A program made the translations under genes and the position numbers. A stretch of 64,000 bases of DNA from Neodothiora populina. Taxonomy: Eukaryota. The stretch lies in assembly GCF_041146345.1 (NCBI RefSeq), contig NW_027191419.1, positions 310,001-374,000 of the forward strand, written 5' to 3'. How positions within the stretch are numbered: the stretch's first letter is position 1; each line of letters begins with the position of its first letter. The notes beneath the pieces are model-generated. The model worked only from the letters and a program-made list of their open reading frames with translations, was not told the origin of the DNA and did no database searches. Shown piece after piece: positions 21,747 through 34,893 of this stretch.

Positions 21747-23559
21747 ATGTCTTCAGCCAGCAGAGATCCAGGGCAAGCAAACCCTGCTGTGGCCCTGCAA
21801 CCCCAAGATCGGCCTCGGCAGACTTCTTCAATGTCACATTCGACGGACGAAGAGGCTGCTAGAGATGAGAAAAAGATTGACGAATTTCTTGTCGACTGGG
21901 ATGCCGGAGAGAAGGCCAATCCCAGGAATTGGTCTCTCGCTTACAGGTCTTTCATTACATTCCAGCTAGGCATGCTCGCCTTGGCTGCGAGTCTTGGTTC
22001 TTCGATCATCTCGCCTGCCGAGAATGCTATCGCTCAGTACACTGGCATATCGGCCGAAGTCGTTGTCCTTGTGATCTCGTTATACATTTTGGGGTAAGCA
22101 GGACGACCAATCGCCGCTTATACTTTTAATTGATTGATCTTTCAGATTCGCATTCGGACCCCTGTTGTGGGCTCCTGTCAGCGAGGTAAGCAGATTTCTC
22201 TGATCATGCAAGATCGAGACAATTAGGGAAGGAGAAGATAGCATTGGTCTTGACAATGTGTAGCTATGCTGGACGCTGACACTTCTCCAGATCTGGGGCC
22301 GTAGATGGAGTATGATACCAGCGATGGTAGGACTGGGTCTTTTCAGCATAGGGACGGCAGTCAGTACAAACGCACAGTCCATAATCATTTGTCGCTTTTT
22401 CTCTGGAGTGTTCGGCAGCGCTCCTGTCAGTAACGTCTCTGCCGCATTGGGCGATATCTGGATGCCAAAAGCCAGGGGAATCGCTGTCACTTTCTATGCT
22501 GTTGCTGTTGTTGGAGGCCCGACCCTCGGGCCGGTAATAGGTTCTGCACTCACAGTCAACAAGCACCTCGGCTGGCGCTGGACGGAATACATCCTGGCCA
22601 TCTGGGTCTTTGCAGTCGCTATAATGGCTTACTTCTTGCTACCTGAAGTATACGCTCCATATCTGCTGAAGCAGAAAGCACAAAGGCTACGCAAAGAAAG
22701 TGGAGATCAAAGATGGCATCATTCACATGAAGAAGTTCAACTTGACTTCAAGAGCATTGTGACCAAGCATTTCAGCCGTCCGATACGTATGCTTGTCACG
22801 GAACCCATGGTCACTTGCATAGCTTTATATGCTTCTTTCGTATATGGCCTACTCTACACAACCCTTGAGGTTTTCCCCATCGGTAAGAAAAGCAGTAGCA
22901 TGCTCACTGTCGTAACCCAATGCTGACACAAGAACAGTTTTTGAGCAGAATCGCGGTTGGCCGTTGGTGACATCCACATTGCCTTTCATCGCTCTATTCG
23001 TGGGTGTTCTAGCCGCGGTAGTTGTAAATCTAGGAAATCAACCCAGGTATGCAAGATGTGTGGACGCCAATGAGGGTCGTCCAGTTCCTGAAGCACGCCT
23101 GCCTCCAATGGTCCTTGGTGGCGTTCTCTTTGTCATTGGACTTTTCTGGTTCGGGTGGACTGCAGACCCATCGATTCACTGGCTGTCCCCTGTCTTTGCG
23201 GCTGCTTTTATCGGTGCCGGATTCAACATCATCTTCCAACAGTGCATCAACTTCCTAGTGGATACATATCAACTCTACGCAGCCTCGGCAGTCTCGGCCA
23301 ACACCTTCCTCCGGTCTTTGATTGCTGGCGGACTACCTCTAGCTGCACGACCAATGTTCCACAATCTTGGCGTAGGTGCGTACCTATCTTCCCCAGCGTT
23401 GATCATCGCCAACAACTACTGACTTATGCATGCTTAGGCCCGGCAATGAGTATACTCGGTGGTATTGCAGTCTTGGCACTTCCGGTACCCTTCCTCTTCA
23501 TAAGATACGGCTTACGATTGAGGAAGATGTCGTCGTTTGCGCCAATCTCTGATTCTTGA
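21747..23559 (+). CDS. MFS transporter, DHA1 (drug:H+ antiporter, 12-TM) family
   Basis: VDWD...NPRNWS, GPLLWAPVSEIWGRR, RFFSGVFGSAP, GPTLGPVIG, WRWT, PEARLPP, YAASAVSANTFLRS; four introns; start codon uncertain (21693/21747/21831). Confidence 0.92.
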
Positions 23560-24254
23560 ATTGTCTGGCGAGAGCTTGGTTCTACATGCTGATGGGGTGA
23601 TCATTCGAGCCACCGAAGAATGGTAGACTTGTTCACAAAGGGAATGGCATCGCTTTTGGCAAAGGATTATATTTTCCGATATCCGTAAATACTCGGAGAC
23701 CTTCTAATTTACCTTCCTAGACAGCGTGTTCGCACGTATGATTATGATAATGATGAAGAATGATAAGACTTGTAATGACGAGGGGCGGTCGACATCATAC
23801 AACATGAATCGTGATATTTTATACCTTTGCCTCCCCATTGCTCGTTGCAAGTGCTCCCACAAATGAAGCATATCTTCCGGCTACAACAGCTACGCTCATT
23901 CATAACTCAATCACGACTACCATAAGCAGGTTGACGTTAAGTTTGGCTCACAGTCGCAATATGGAACGTGCCTTGTCAAGACTCGACTATGAGCGTCGGC
24001 AGCGCGCCCATGACTTTTGAAGCAACGTGCAATATCGGGGATCCCGTAGTGCCTGACGTGTGCATACTCGCAACACACGTAGAAGGCTTTAGAATGCGGT
24101 CACTGGGCCTCTGCACAAGATAAAGTATTACTAAACTGCAAGATAAGGTATCAAACACGTGCAGGAAGACAACAAGCAACCTGCCCTGCGATGTAAGTTT
24201 CCAAGACATACGGTCCGAGTTGCCGTCCTTATCTCTACAAGTAGGTCTTCCGCC

Positions 24255-24934
24255 CTTGGCGTCGATCTTGGGAGCTTCCCCAGTGCCTGTGCGTATCCCC
24301 AGATATGGGGACACCCAAGACCTTGGGCTTCTTGGCCAGTTCATTTCTTACCACGCTGCTTTCCAGAATACGAATACAGTTGCCCATCTCGTTGGCCGGC
24401 CCCCCGCCACCTACTGTATGGATGATATGCTCACCTGAGGCAACTCGTGAGGCACTCCAAGAGGATTTCTAACATCTTGGCGCCATTTGCGTCATTCGCT
24501 TGGCATCGATCGGACGTCGTTCGCCAGCAGTGGTGTAGACTGAATGAATTGTTACAATTTTGGTCACCATGAGATGGTGCAAGACGAGGAATTGTCTGCC
24601 AGCTGGGATGATAGCAGCCGTAATTATCCAGTCGATCAGTATCCGGATCACACTTGCGTTCCTAGGCAGTGCAACAAGCATCTGGAATGTTGTTGAGTTT
24701 TGCCGAGGACTTATGGTACAACATGCGATGCCAATACCGCCAATAACTTTAACGTGTCTTGCGTTCTTCACGTCCCATACTCGTCCCACGCAGAAGTAGG
24801 TTGAAAGTTCTGTTGGACTTACTCAAGTAGGTTTTGTATATCATGTACATGTTCGTCACATCTTGGTCGTGATCTTGGCGAATAATGGCCAAGAAGCATC
24901 ACAACGACATGTAGCCATGATGGCTAGATATAAA
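24255..24934. promoter_or_regulatory. ENA promoter: six PacC/Rim101-type GCCAAG sites and a TATA box
   Basis: CTTGGC at 24255, 24331, 24476, 24499, 24874; GCCAAG at 24888; TATAAA at 24929. Confidence 0.7.
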
Positions 24935-24999
24935 GGACAGCCTTTCGCACCCAATAAGTGAAGAAGTAAGGATCAATCAATTATACTCAGGTCACAATC

Positions 25000-27900
25000 A
25001 TGGGCCAGAAGGAGACTTCAAACTTGCAAGATCATGTCTCTGGCCAGTCCAATGAGCCACTCAGCAAACCTGCCCATGCTTTACCCTACTCCGCTGTGGT
25101 AGAGGAGACGAAAGCGAATGCCGAAGATGGTATTACTGACGATGATGCGAAGGCTCGACTGGAACGCTTTGGACGTAACGAGCTCGGGGAGAGCGCAGGA
25201 CCACAGCCACTGAAGATCTTAATCGGCCAGGTTTCTAATGCTATGACACTGGTAAGACATCTTTATACCACTTATCAATTGAAAACAATTGACATTATTT
25301 AGGTCCTAGTGATGGGAATGGCAGTCAGTTTTGGCATTCAGTCGTGGATCGAGGCTGGCGTTATTGCAGCAGTCGTCATTATCAACGTTACAGTTGGTTT
25401 CTTCCAAGAGTATAACGCGGAGAAAACCATGGACTCCCTAAGATCACTTAGCTCTCCAACTGCAAATGCCGTACGTGATGGAAAGACCATCAACATTCCC
25501 ACAGTCGAAATCGTTCCTGGTGATATGGTCGAATTGAAGACTGGGGATACTGTGCCCGCAGATATTCGGTAGGTCTTGAAGGGACGAAGACATCAGTACT
25601 ACTACTAACTCTGAGCTCAGATTGGTCGAGGCAGTCAACTTTGAGACCGATGAGGCACTGCTCACTGGTGAATCTCTGCCAGTTCGTAAAGATGCCGAAG
25701 CCACCTTCGAGGAGGACACCGGTCCAGGCGATCGCCTCAACGTGGCATACTCATCTTCTACTGTGACTAAAGGTCGCGCTCGAGGTATTGTTTTCGCCAC
25801 TGGCATGTACACAGAGATTGGTACCATTGCAGCTGCATTGCGAAAGAAGGATTCGAAGACCCGTCCAGTGAAGCGCAAAGCTGGTAAGTGTAAAGCGGTG
25901 GACATCTGCGAGAATTGTTTTACTGATGGTTTGTAGACGGTTCTGCCAACGTTCATAGTTACATTCGAGCCTGGACACTTACTCTCAGTGATGCCGTTGG
26001 CCGATTTTTGGGTGTCAATGTAGGCACTCCGCTCCAGAAAAAGCTTTCACGTCTAGCAGTTCTCCTTTTCGGTGTGGCAGTTGTCTGCGCGATCATTGTC
26101 TTAGCCGCCAACGATTTCCGCAACGACAGAGAGGTCATCATTTACGCTGTTGCTACCGGCCTCAGTATGATTCCTGCTTCGCTGGTGGTGGTATGTTGAA
26201 AATTCATATAACAACACTGGGTCTAATTTCAAGCTAACACTTATCAGATCCTCACAATCACCATGGCTGCTGGAACCAAGCGAATGGTAGAGCGACATGT
26301 CATTGTCAGAAATCTCAAATCTCTCGAAGCACTCGGTGCGGTCACAGGTAGGACATTCGCATTTCTCCAAGATTGCGCAGCGCTAATTTCGTTCAGATAT
26401 TTGCTCTGATAAGACTGGAACTCTTACCCAAGGCAAGATGGTAGCCAAGAAAGCATGGATTCCCAGCAAAGGGACATACTCCATCGGATCGTCCAACGAG
26501 CCTATTAACCCAACTGTGGGTGATCTATACTTTGATGCGCGGCCTCCACGCAACTTGCCCAAGGATTCTGAGAAATTGAGTTCTCTGTCTTATGCCGAGT
26601 CATTGAACGACAACCCACAACTAGAGAGCTATCTGCGCGTTGCCACCTTGGCCAACTTGGCCATTGTGCACAAGGATCAGAACGATGAATGGACAGCAAG
26701 AGGTGACCCGACCGAGATCGCAATCCAGGTCTTCGCATCAAGATTCGACTGGAACCGCACAAAGTTCACTTCGGGAGAAGCGCCCGCCTGGAAGCAGCTG
26801 GCCGAGTTCCCATTCGACTCGGATGTCAAGAAGATGTCCGTCGTGTTCGAAGAAACGGGAACTGGAGAACAACAAGTTTTCACCAAAGGTGCGGTAGAGC
26901 GGGTCATCACGTCCTGCACTTCAATCTACATGGAGGCTGATAAGCCCACCGAAATGACCGAGGAGATTCAAGGACAGATCCTGGAGAACATGGAGTCTCT
27001 GGCAAAGCTTGGACTTCGAGTCCTGGCTCTGGCTAGTAAGCCTTACACGGGGACTTTGCCTAAAGCTGGAGAGGAGCAGGACAGAAATGCCGTCGAATCT
27101 GACCTTATCTTTAGAGGACTCATTGGCCTCTACGATCCCCCAAGACCAGAGACCGCAGATTCCGTTCGTCAATGCCACGAGGCTGGCGTAGCCGTCCACA
27201 TGTTGACTGGAGATCACAAAGGCACGGCCCAAGCGATCGCGCTCGAAGTCGGCATTCTCCCTCCGAGAATGCACGAACTCAGTAGTGAGGTTGCGGAAGC
27301 CATGGTCATGACTGCGGGTCAGTTTGACAAGCTGAGCGACGATGAGATTGATGCTCTGGCTGTTCTACCATTGGTGGTCGCTCGATGTGCGCCCAACACT
27401 AAGGTCAGGATGATTGAAGCTCTGCATCGCAGAAAGAAGTTTGCCGCCATGACCGGCGATGGTGTCAACGACTCGCCATCGCTCAAGCGATCCGACGTCG
27501 GTATTGCCATGGGACAAGCAGGATCCGACGTAGCCAAGGACGCCAGTGACATTGTCCTTACCGACGACAACTTTGCCTCGATCCTCAACGCTGTGTGCGA
27601 AGGACGCCGCATGTTCGACAACATCCAAAAGTTTGTGTTGCACTTGCTCTCGCAGAACATTGCTCAAGCATGCATTCTTCTCATCGGTCTTGCTTTCAAG
27701 GATGTGGACGACCTTTCCGTCTTCCCCATCTCCCCGGTGGAGATCCTATGGATCATCATGATCACCAGTAGTTTCCCCGACATGGGCCTCGGCTTCGAAG
27801 TAGCAGCCCCGGATGTCCTCCAGCGCCCACCCCAAAGTCTCAAGACCGGTATCTTCTCTTTCGAGATCATGATCGACATGGTCGTCTACGGGCTCTGGAT

Positions 27901-28492
27901 CGCCGCACTCTGCCTCTCCTCCTTCGTCATCGTCCTCTACGGCTTCGAAGACGGCAACACCGGACGCATCCCAGCCCAAGGATGCAACAACACCTACTCG
28001 GCCGAATGCGACGGCGTGTTCCGCGCCCGCGCGACCTGCTTCGCCTGTCTGACGTGGTTCTCGCTCTTCCTCGCATGGGAAATGATCGACATGCGCCGCA
28101 GCTTCTTCCGCATGCAGCCCGGGTCCAAACGCCACTTCACACAGTGGATGCTGGACGTGTGGCGCAACAAGTTCCTCTTCAGCGCCGTCCTCGTCGGCTT
28201 CGTGACTCTGTTTCCCGTCCTCTACATCCCCGTCATCAACCGCAAGGTCTTCCGCCACGAGGGCATCTCCTGGGAGTGGGCCATCGTCTTCATCGCCAGC
28301 CTCATGTTCTTCGTCGGCGTCGAGTTCTGGAAGTGGTGCAAGCGCGTCGTCTTCCGTCGTCTCGACGCCCGCAAGAACGCTAATGGCCAGGCTGATGATT
28401 TGGAAAACAGTGCTTTCAGCAGCTATATGAGGGAGTTGACGCCCGCTACGAGCGAGGCGCTCTCGACTGAAAAAGTACCGCGGCAAATGTAG
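25000..28492 (+). CDS. ENA1: P-type IID Na+/K+-efflux ATPase (ENA)
   Basis: DEALLTGES, ICSDKTGTLTQG, EFPFDSDVKKMS, TKGAVE, YDPPR, MLTGDH, MTGDGVNDSPSL; several 5' introns. Confidence 0.96.
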
Positions 28493-28947
28493 AGTTGTTC
28501 GCAATTTTTTTTTGGGGGGGGGGGTGGGTTTTTTTTTCGGTCTTATTGTTTGAATGACTGTGATTTCTCTTTTTCTTATATAGATAATAATTTACATCAC
28601 ACTTTCGAAAATGAATCCTTTTTGAACACTTCAAGTCTTCGGAATGTGGCTCGATTGGTCGAACATCACTGTGTGATTCTGCTTCTACTACAATGGGGCG
28701 ATGTATGTGCAATTTTTTGGGAAACCCTAAGCGTAATGTCTTCAGAGCGTTTCGTCCTGATATTCGTCTTACTGGATCATACAGGAACATCTCTGACCAT
28801 CCGCTCGCACTGATCGCTCGAAAACACTTGTGAAAACGATCGTCTGTGGAGTCGGGACGATCCACGTGCGTCAATCGATCAGCAGCCCCATCCGCCGCAA
28901 TCTCTAGTACTATTTTATGTGAAAAGAATAACAATCAAAAAGATACA

Positions 28948-31200
28948 TCAATCGACTTTGATAGCCCCGTATATCCTGCGTATGAAAGCATACGCCGTCA
29001 GGAATCCGACGGTGCCCGTGAGCAGCGCGTACACCGTACAGGCGAGTCCGGAGTATGCGAAGAAGAGCAGTGAGGAGACGAAACCTTGGATGTGCAGGTG
29101 GTTGAAATAGTAATAGACGCAGTAGAGGAAGATCCAGAAAGTGCTGCTCGCGCCGACGGCGAAAGAGTGCCACCACCAGTGGTAGTTCTATCATCAACAT
29201 TAGCGGTGGGACGAAGTGATGGAGATGTGTAAATATTACCTCGGAGCAGAGTTGGATGTAGACAGCAATGACGGTGACTTCCATGATGACAGCGACCAGG
29301 ACCACACCGATGACCGCCAGGAATCCAAAGACATAATAATATCCGCTCTTGTCCTGCCACATACTCTTGAACACGAAAAGGAGCTCAATGAAAATGACCG
29401 CGAAAGGTATGAGACCTGCCAATAACACACTTTGCACGCTCCTCGAGTACCAGCTGTTCCGAGGGATCTGGCGCGGGATGACGGTAGCCTTAATGGGATG
29501 CTGCCATGGACCGACTTTGACGAATCCATACCATGCACCCAAGTACACCAGAGGAAGTTGTATGAGGAGCCATAGAGCGACCAGTGCGACGAGTGTACCG
29601 AAGGGCAGAGCGGTGCTAGAAGCCTGAGCCCAAACAAAGAGATTGAGAATAAAGACTGTGATGAATAGAAGACCCGGGAAAAGGGTGGCGGTCACAATGG
29701 CATTCTTCTGCCAAAGTTGGCCGCCAAAAGTCCTGTAAACTCGAGCGGAGAAGTAGCCAGAGAAGACGCCTGCGATGACAAAGAGAGTAATTCCGACGCT
29801 GATATATCCGCCACGGAAACTGGGGTTCAGGAAACCAAAGCAGGAAAGGGCAACGAGGCCAGAGGCCATGACTACAAGCTGCATGCCGGATCCAGTCAGA
29901 GAAGCTAGAATGCCACCGTACGCAGGAGCCCGGAAGACATCGCCATGCACGAGCTTCCATCCAGTCGTATCTTCAATAGCGTCTTCATCCGAAGATACGT
30001 CATCTTCATGCTCACCGTCACGACCGAGCAGAGATGGTTTTTCCTCGGCCTTCCTTGGTGTAGAAGCATTCTTGGGGCGCTTGGGAGCAATCTTGCCATC
30101 CTCCATGCTTCCATCTCGATAGTTCTTGATCTCACCACGTATGGTTCGGGTGAAGATGACGGCGACCACGGCTGTGAGCAGGCCAGAAATGATGAGTGAG
30201 TTGATGATTGCAAGCCAATGAATCTTAGTATTGTCCTCTTGATCAACAAAGAACAAGTCCCACCGGTTGGCCCATTCGATACTCTCCTCATCACGAAAGT
30301 AGACAGAGTAGGTGTAGGGGATGGTGAGAGTGGCAGCCGCATCGCCGTCGTCTTCGTCCTCGGAAGGCACATAGGAAGAATCAGGAAACTTCTCAGCAAG
30401 TGTAGCATTTGACCTGGGGAATGCCAATTCCATGCCATTGTGAACATGCTGAATGCTCGACGGCAAACCGTTCTTGTCCCTGTTCTCGGTCCCAATACTC
30501 TTCGCATAGACTTCGAAGCCTACTATGACTTTCTTGCCCTGTTGTCCGTCCTTTCCTGGGGCACGATGGGTGCGAATGACGATTGTGACGTGGTTGTTGA
30601 TAAAGTACCTTGGTCTGCCAGAAACAGGACTGTACTCTTTGTATCCCAGCTTGAAGCCGGTCGCATAATATTTGCGACTCTTGTCGGCCGAGACGAACCT
30701 CGTTGCGCCTGGGAGGTTATCTACAATCCACTCGGCAACATATCCATTGTCGATGACCTCTCTTGCCCTCTGGAGTCCAGCTCGGTCGACCTTGTGGCTG
30801 CAGAGATATCTCGCCTCTTCATCCTTACCCATCTCAAGTTCATAGTCGGACATGATGATCCGGTCACCTCTCAACACTTCTCCAAGATTGAGGGCCACAT
30901 TAGACCCGCTGACAAGGCCGCCAGCTCCATATTTTCGACCGCTTGCTGGACATACAAAGGGCAGTTCCGCATAGGCGTATTGTAGTTGTGTGTTATCCGA
31001 GTATACTTTGTTCACGAAAAGAGGAACCACTTCGCCATCGCTGTAGCTCCTGATGGACCAGCCTGTTCGCGCAGTCAGATTAGAGTACCAAATAGCCTAC
31101 GAGATCTTGTCATACCAGGAATATAGAATGCTTGCGCAAGTGATATTAAAGATACTACAGCAAACCATGTGAGATGGCCAAGCCGATAATCGGCTGCCAT
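28948..31200 (-). CDS. Nonaspanin / endomembrane protein 70 (TM9SF) family protein
   Basis: Signal peptide then AFYIPG|WSIRSY, NLGEVLRGDRI, IHWLAIINS, TGWKLVHGDVFR, C-terminal RIYGAIKVD* after removing the intron at ~29239-29187. Confidence 0.95.
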
Positions 31201-32140
31201 GGACGTCTAAAGACAAAAAAATTCAAGAGCTGAGATGGCAATGGAATGTACGATTAAAGGTAGATAAGGTAATTCAGAAGTAGCGCTCACACGGCGTCTC
31301 GTGTGTATGTCTGTAAGAAGCCAGCCAGACCCAGCCTTGATAGTCCGCCTTTATTCCGGATTTGAGGGGTCTGCGAATTGCAGAGATGTCGCTCCTACCA
31401 CTCAACGAAAGTAAATGACACTTGACGGAGTATCAGTGGCTCACAGGGGGCTGATGTTCTGACAGAGCCGGACACACGAGAGTGGATAGTGGGGGGAAAG
31501 AGAGATGAGAAGAGGGAGGAAATCACAGTACGAGGACAAGGAACGACAGTCCAGAACACAGAAGGATGGAGAAACAGAAGAGGGGGAGGAATGGTTTAAC
31601 GCGGGTCATGTCATATTATTGTCCGGTAAGGTATTGATTGCATCGATTATTATGGGACGCGCATTTGCATGGGGAAGGCCTGGCCTAACCCTGACTCCAA
31701 CGAATTGTGAAGCTGCCCCAATGCTTCTCTTGGCAATATTGCTAGTCACCTCCGAGTCCTCCGCACAGGAGAAAAGCAATGCTGTAATAAAGAGCAGCAT
31801 AATTACATTCGATCACCCTTAGCAGGACATACGTAACGCGATGATCAGACTAGTGCTTGCACTGACATTTAATCTACAATGATGCGTGGCAGTAGAGTCA
31901 ATCATCGCTCTTCTAGAAGTCCACCACGGGCAAGACGAATAGATGAAAATGGCAAGGCTGTGGCACGTTTGAATTTCAATCATCAGATATTGCACATGCA
32001 CCGTTTCATCGAACTCTAGTCATTTACTTCTCAACAAGTGCTTGACTCGGGCTGTTGAATGCATCGCCCATCGTACTTGCATCAAAATTATGTCCTGAGC
32101 TTCGAATTGCATAGTCTACCTACTCGTAACAATTGTAAGT

Positions 32141-33717
32141 TCATCGCTTATCAGGAATGGTTTGACCTTGCAGCGCCTGACCGCCCAGCGGTTCACCGAT
32201 ACCTCCCTGCCCTGATGGGGCCATGTTGCCATATCCTTCTATGCCTGGACCAGATGAGCCATAGGGCCCTGAGCCGTAATTGTTGTTCATCAATCCAGCT
32301 TGCTTGAGGTCGTTCTCCGGAATCATGCCTCCATCTCCTCCACCAACGACGACCTGGCCACCCCCACGAACTTTGCCTACGACCATACCCTTGGCCACGC
32401 TCTTGATCACGGCGCGTCGACTCACACCAGTGACATCAATGTAGACTAGACCCACGTTCTTGACTCCTCCGGCAAGACTTCCTGTCAACGAACCCGCCTC
32501 TTCGCCGTACCTGTGGCCCACCACGGTCGACGCCGCGGTTCCACCCTGCTCTAGCAGATGCTTTCCTGAAGCAGCAAGGCCGTCGGCGAGGGTGCTAAAA
32601 GCGATCATACTCTTATTCAGCAGACCAGGCTTGTAATCCTGGATCGGCTGTCCGTTCTTGTCATAACCTTTGAATGGACGATCGTCTTTGTGGCCGCCAA
32701 AGCGAGCTCCAATATTCTGTGCATACTTGCTGGCCTGGCCGACCGTCTTGGCGCTGAGACCTGCTGCTCCTGCGGTGAAATTGTTGATCTTTCGGACGCG
32801 GTCGTGGGTAGCGGGAGAAAACTCCATGGGCTTGGGGTTTGGCTTGACTTTTTTCGTAAAGGAATCTGCACCTTGTGTGAGGATGTTGCCAATATATGAC
32901 GAGCCCGTTACAATCAGACGAGAAGCAGTGGCCGAGTTCTGGACGATGCTAGAGTCCTTATACGCTGGGTGTCGCGCCAATTCGAGGTAGTCCTCGCTGA
33001 TCGGACGGACGTCGACTCTCGAGCCGTCAGCCGATATCTGTATTTCGACAGGATCTGTAGCACCAAGTCAGCCAGCGCGCATTAGCATATAGTTGTCTCG
33101 GACGCACTCTTGTTTCCAGGCTGTAGTCTAGAATCCTCGACCACGTTGGCGTCCGCTGCGAGTTCCCCGACCACGCTTCCATTGTCCTCGTCAATTAGAA
33201 CGATCTGGCCATGGTTGTGAGTCTTGCCGCCTGTGAGCTTGCCCGCTGGGGCATAGTCTCTAGGATCGTATTTTGGAAGTGGTCTGTCTGGCTTTGGTGG
33301 TGGCGCTCTTTCCAGGAATGCTGTGCACTGTGCCAGAATTGTTTCAAAGGTGTCTCTGTCCTCCTCGCTCACTCTCTCGGAGAATTCAATGCGTGTGAAA
33401 GCGCCACTGTCAGGACCTAGATCCCAGCGAGGTATGAGATATGCATGAGGTGGCTGATGGTAGACTTGGGCAGTGGCTGGCATGGAAAGATCCAGCTCGG
33501 GGGGAAGATTCAGGTGAAGATAGAAGTCTTCGTCAGGGATCTCGTTCTGCGGAATCGTGGTGGAAAGATCGGCGAATGGAGAGGACGTTGGGACCATCAA
33601 CATAGAGAGGGTTTGAGGGCCCGAAGGAGTGAGATCTTGCTGCTCGCCGTTCTGGATGTGATACGCCTTGACATTGTTGATCGCATATAGCAACTTTGGA
33701 TCATGATGGCCAGCCAT
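32141..33717 (-). CDS. Senescence/spartin-associated domain protein
   Basis: Exons 33717-33108 and 33054-32141; DTFETILAQCTAF, KPGLLNKSMIAFSTLADG, VVGHRYGEEAG, NVGLVYIDVTGVSRRA. Confidence 0.85.
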
Positions 33718-34893
33718 ATTTGCCTTGATCAATGGGGTTTCTGTTATGTGACTATTGTGGGGAATGAAGATGAAACACAGCAGAGCACAGGGAGAGAACA
33801 GGAAAGATAAGAACTACGATGTGATGATGCGCAGACATCGAGACGAACTTACCCTCGCGCTTATAAACGTGACTGCCCAATAAACTGCACCTGCACCACC
33901 AAGAATGGTGATCACACATTCCTTGTCTGGGCAGGTCCGCGCTGTGGGGAAGGTGCAGGTCAATTTGGTGATTAACTGCTGATACGTCAGAGATCTGTGG
34001 CTGTGCAGTGGTGGCAACGAGCCTATCTGGTGGCTGAAACCATGCATTTCTCTCGATACAGCTATAGCAGCCGACTCAGAGCCTCTTTCTCTGTCATTAT
34101 TGCGATGCCTCGAAGTGTGTTTGTACTTCCAAGATCTGATGCATTTGAGGTACCCAAGGGGTCCTTTCCGTAACCTAGAGCAGCATGACGTACGTTGCTT
34201 GTACTTAGGTTGCTTCCAGTACCCAGATGGAAATGCCAGGTATAGCACGAGGGTACGAGGGAGTCATTAGAGTTTGTCCAACTAAAGGTCCAGTGCCTCC
34301 AAGAAGCTAAAGTAAGATTGCCCCACGCTGCATCACAGCGTCCCTGGCGACTTTGGTACGACTGATGACTTGCATAGCAGTCCAGACTCTCCACAGCAAT
34401 CTCGCAGTAAGTCAAATCTTCGCCCTCCACTTTCTAATTATGCATCTCAAATAAATTGTCTCCGAAAGCCAAAAAATCTATATCAATACTGCCAGTCGTA
34501 GTTGACCCACATGCTGTAACCTATGGAAGATTTCGCCGCGGCACGATCCGCAGTATAAGCCCATATAGGTAACTTTTACTCTTTTTTTTCTGGCTTCACC
34601 GCAAGGTTCACAAGAACAATGGCCACACGGTTCTTCGCTGCTCCATTCGGCAAAGCAGCTGTTGCTTCTCGTCGCCATCGATCTTCCTCGCTTTTTGTGA
34701 GATGCACATCTGAACACGAGGTTAGCAACAAGTAGCCTGGGTTGATCGCAGACCTTGCGATATGAAAGCATAGTATCAGGCTTATGCACAGTACTACCAA
34801 CGCATCAGGCCAACCCGTGCGCAAGTATAACAGAGAATAAGTCAATTCATTCTACCAAGACGACAGAAGGTGGCCCTGGCAGACATTGGTGAA

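Noticed and set aside
31684..31692. CCTAACCCT as a telomerase RNA template or interstitial telomere
   Set aside because: Single 9-nt match with no supporting pseudoknot or repeat array
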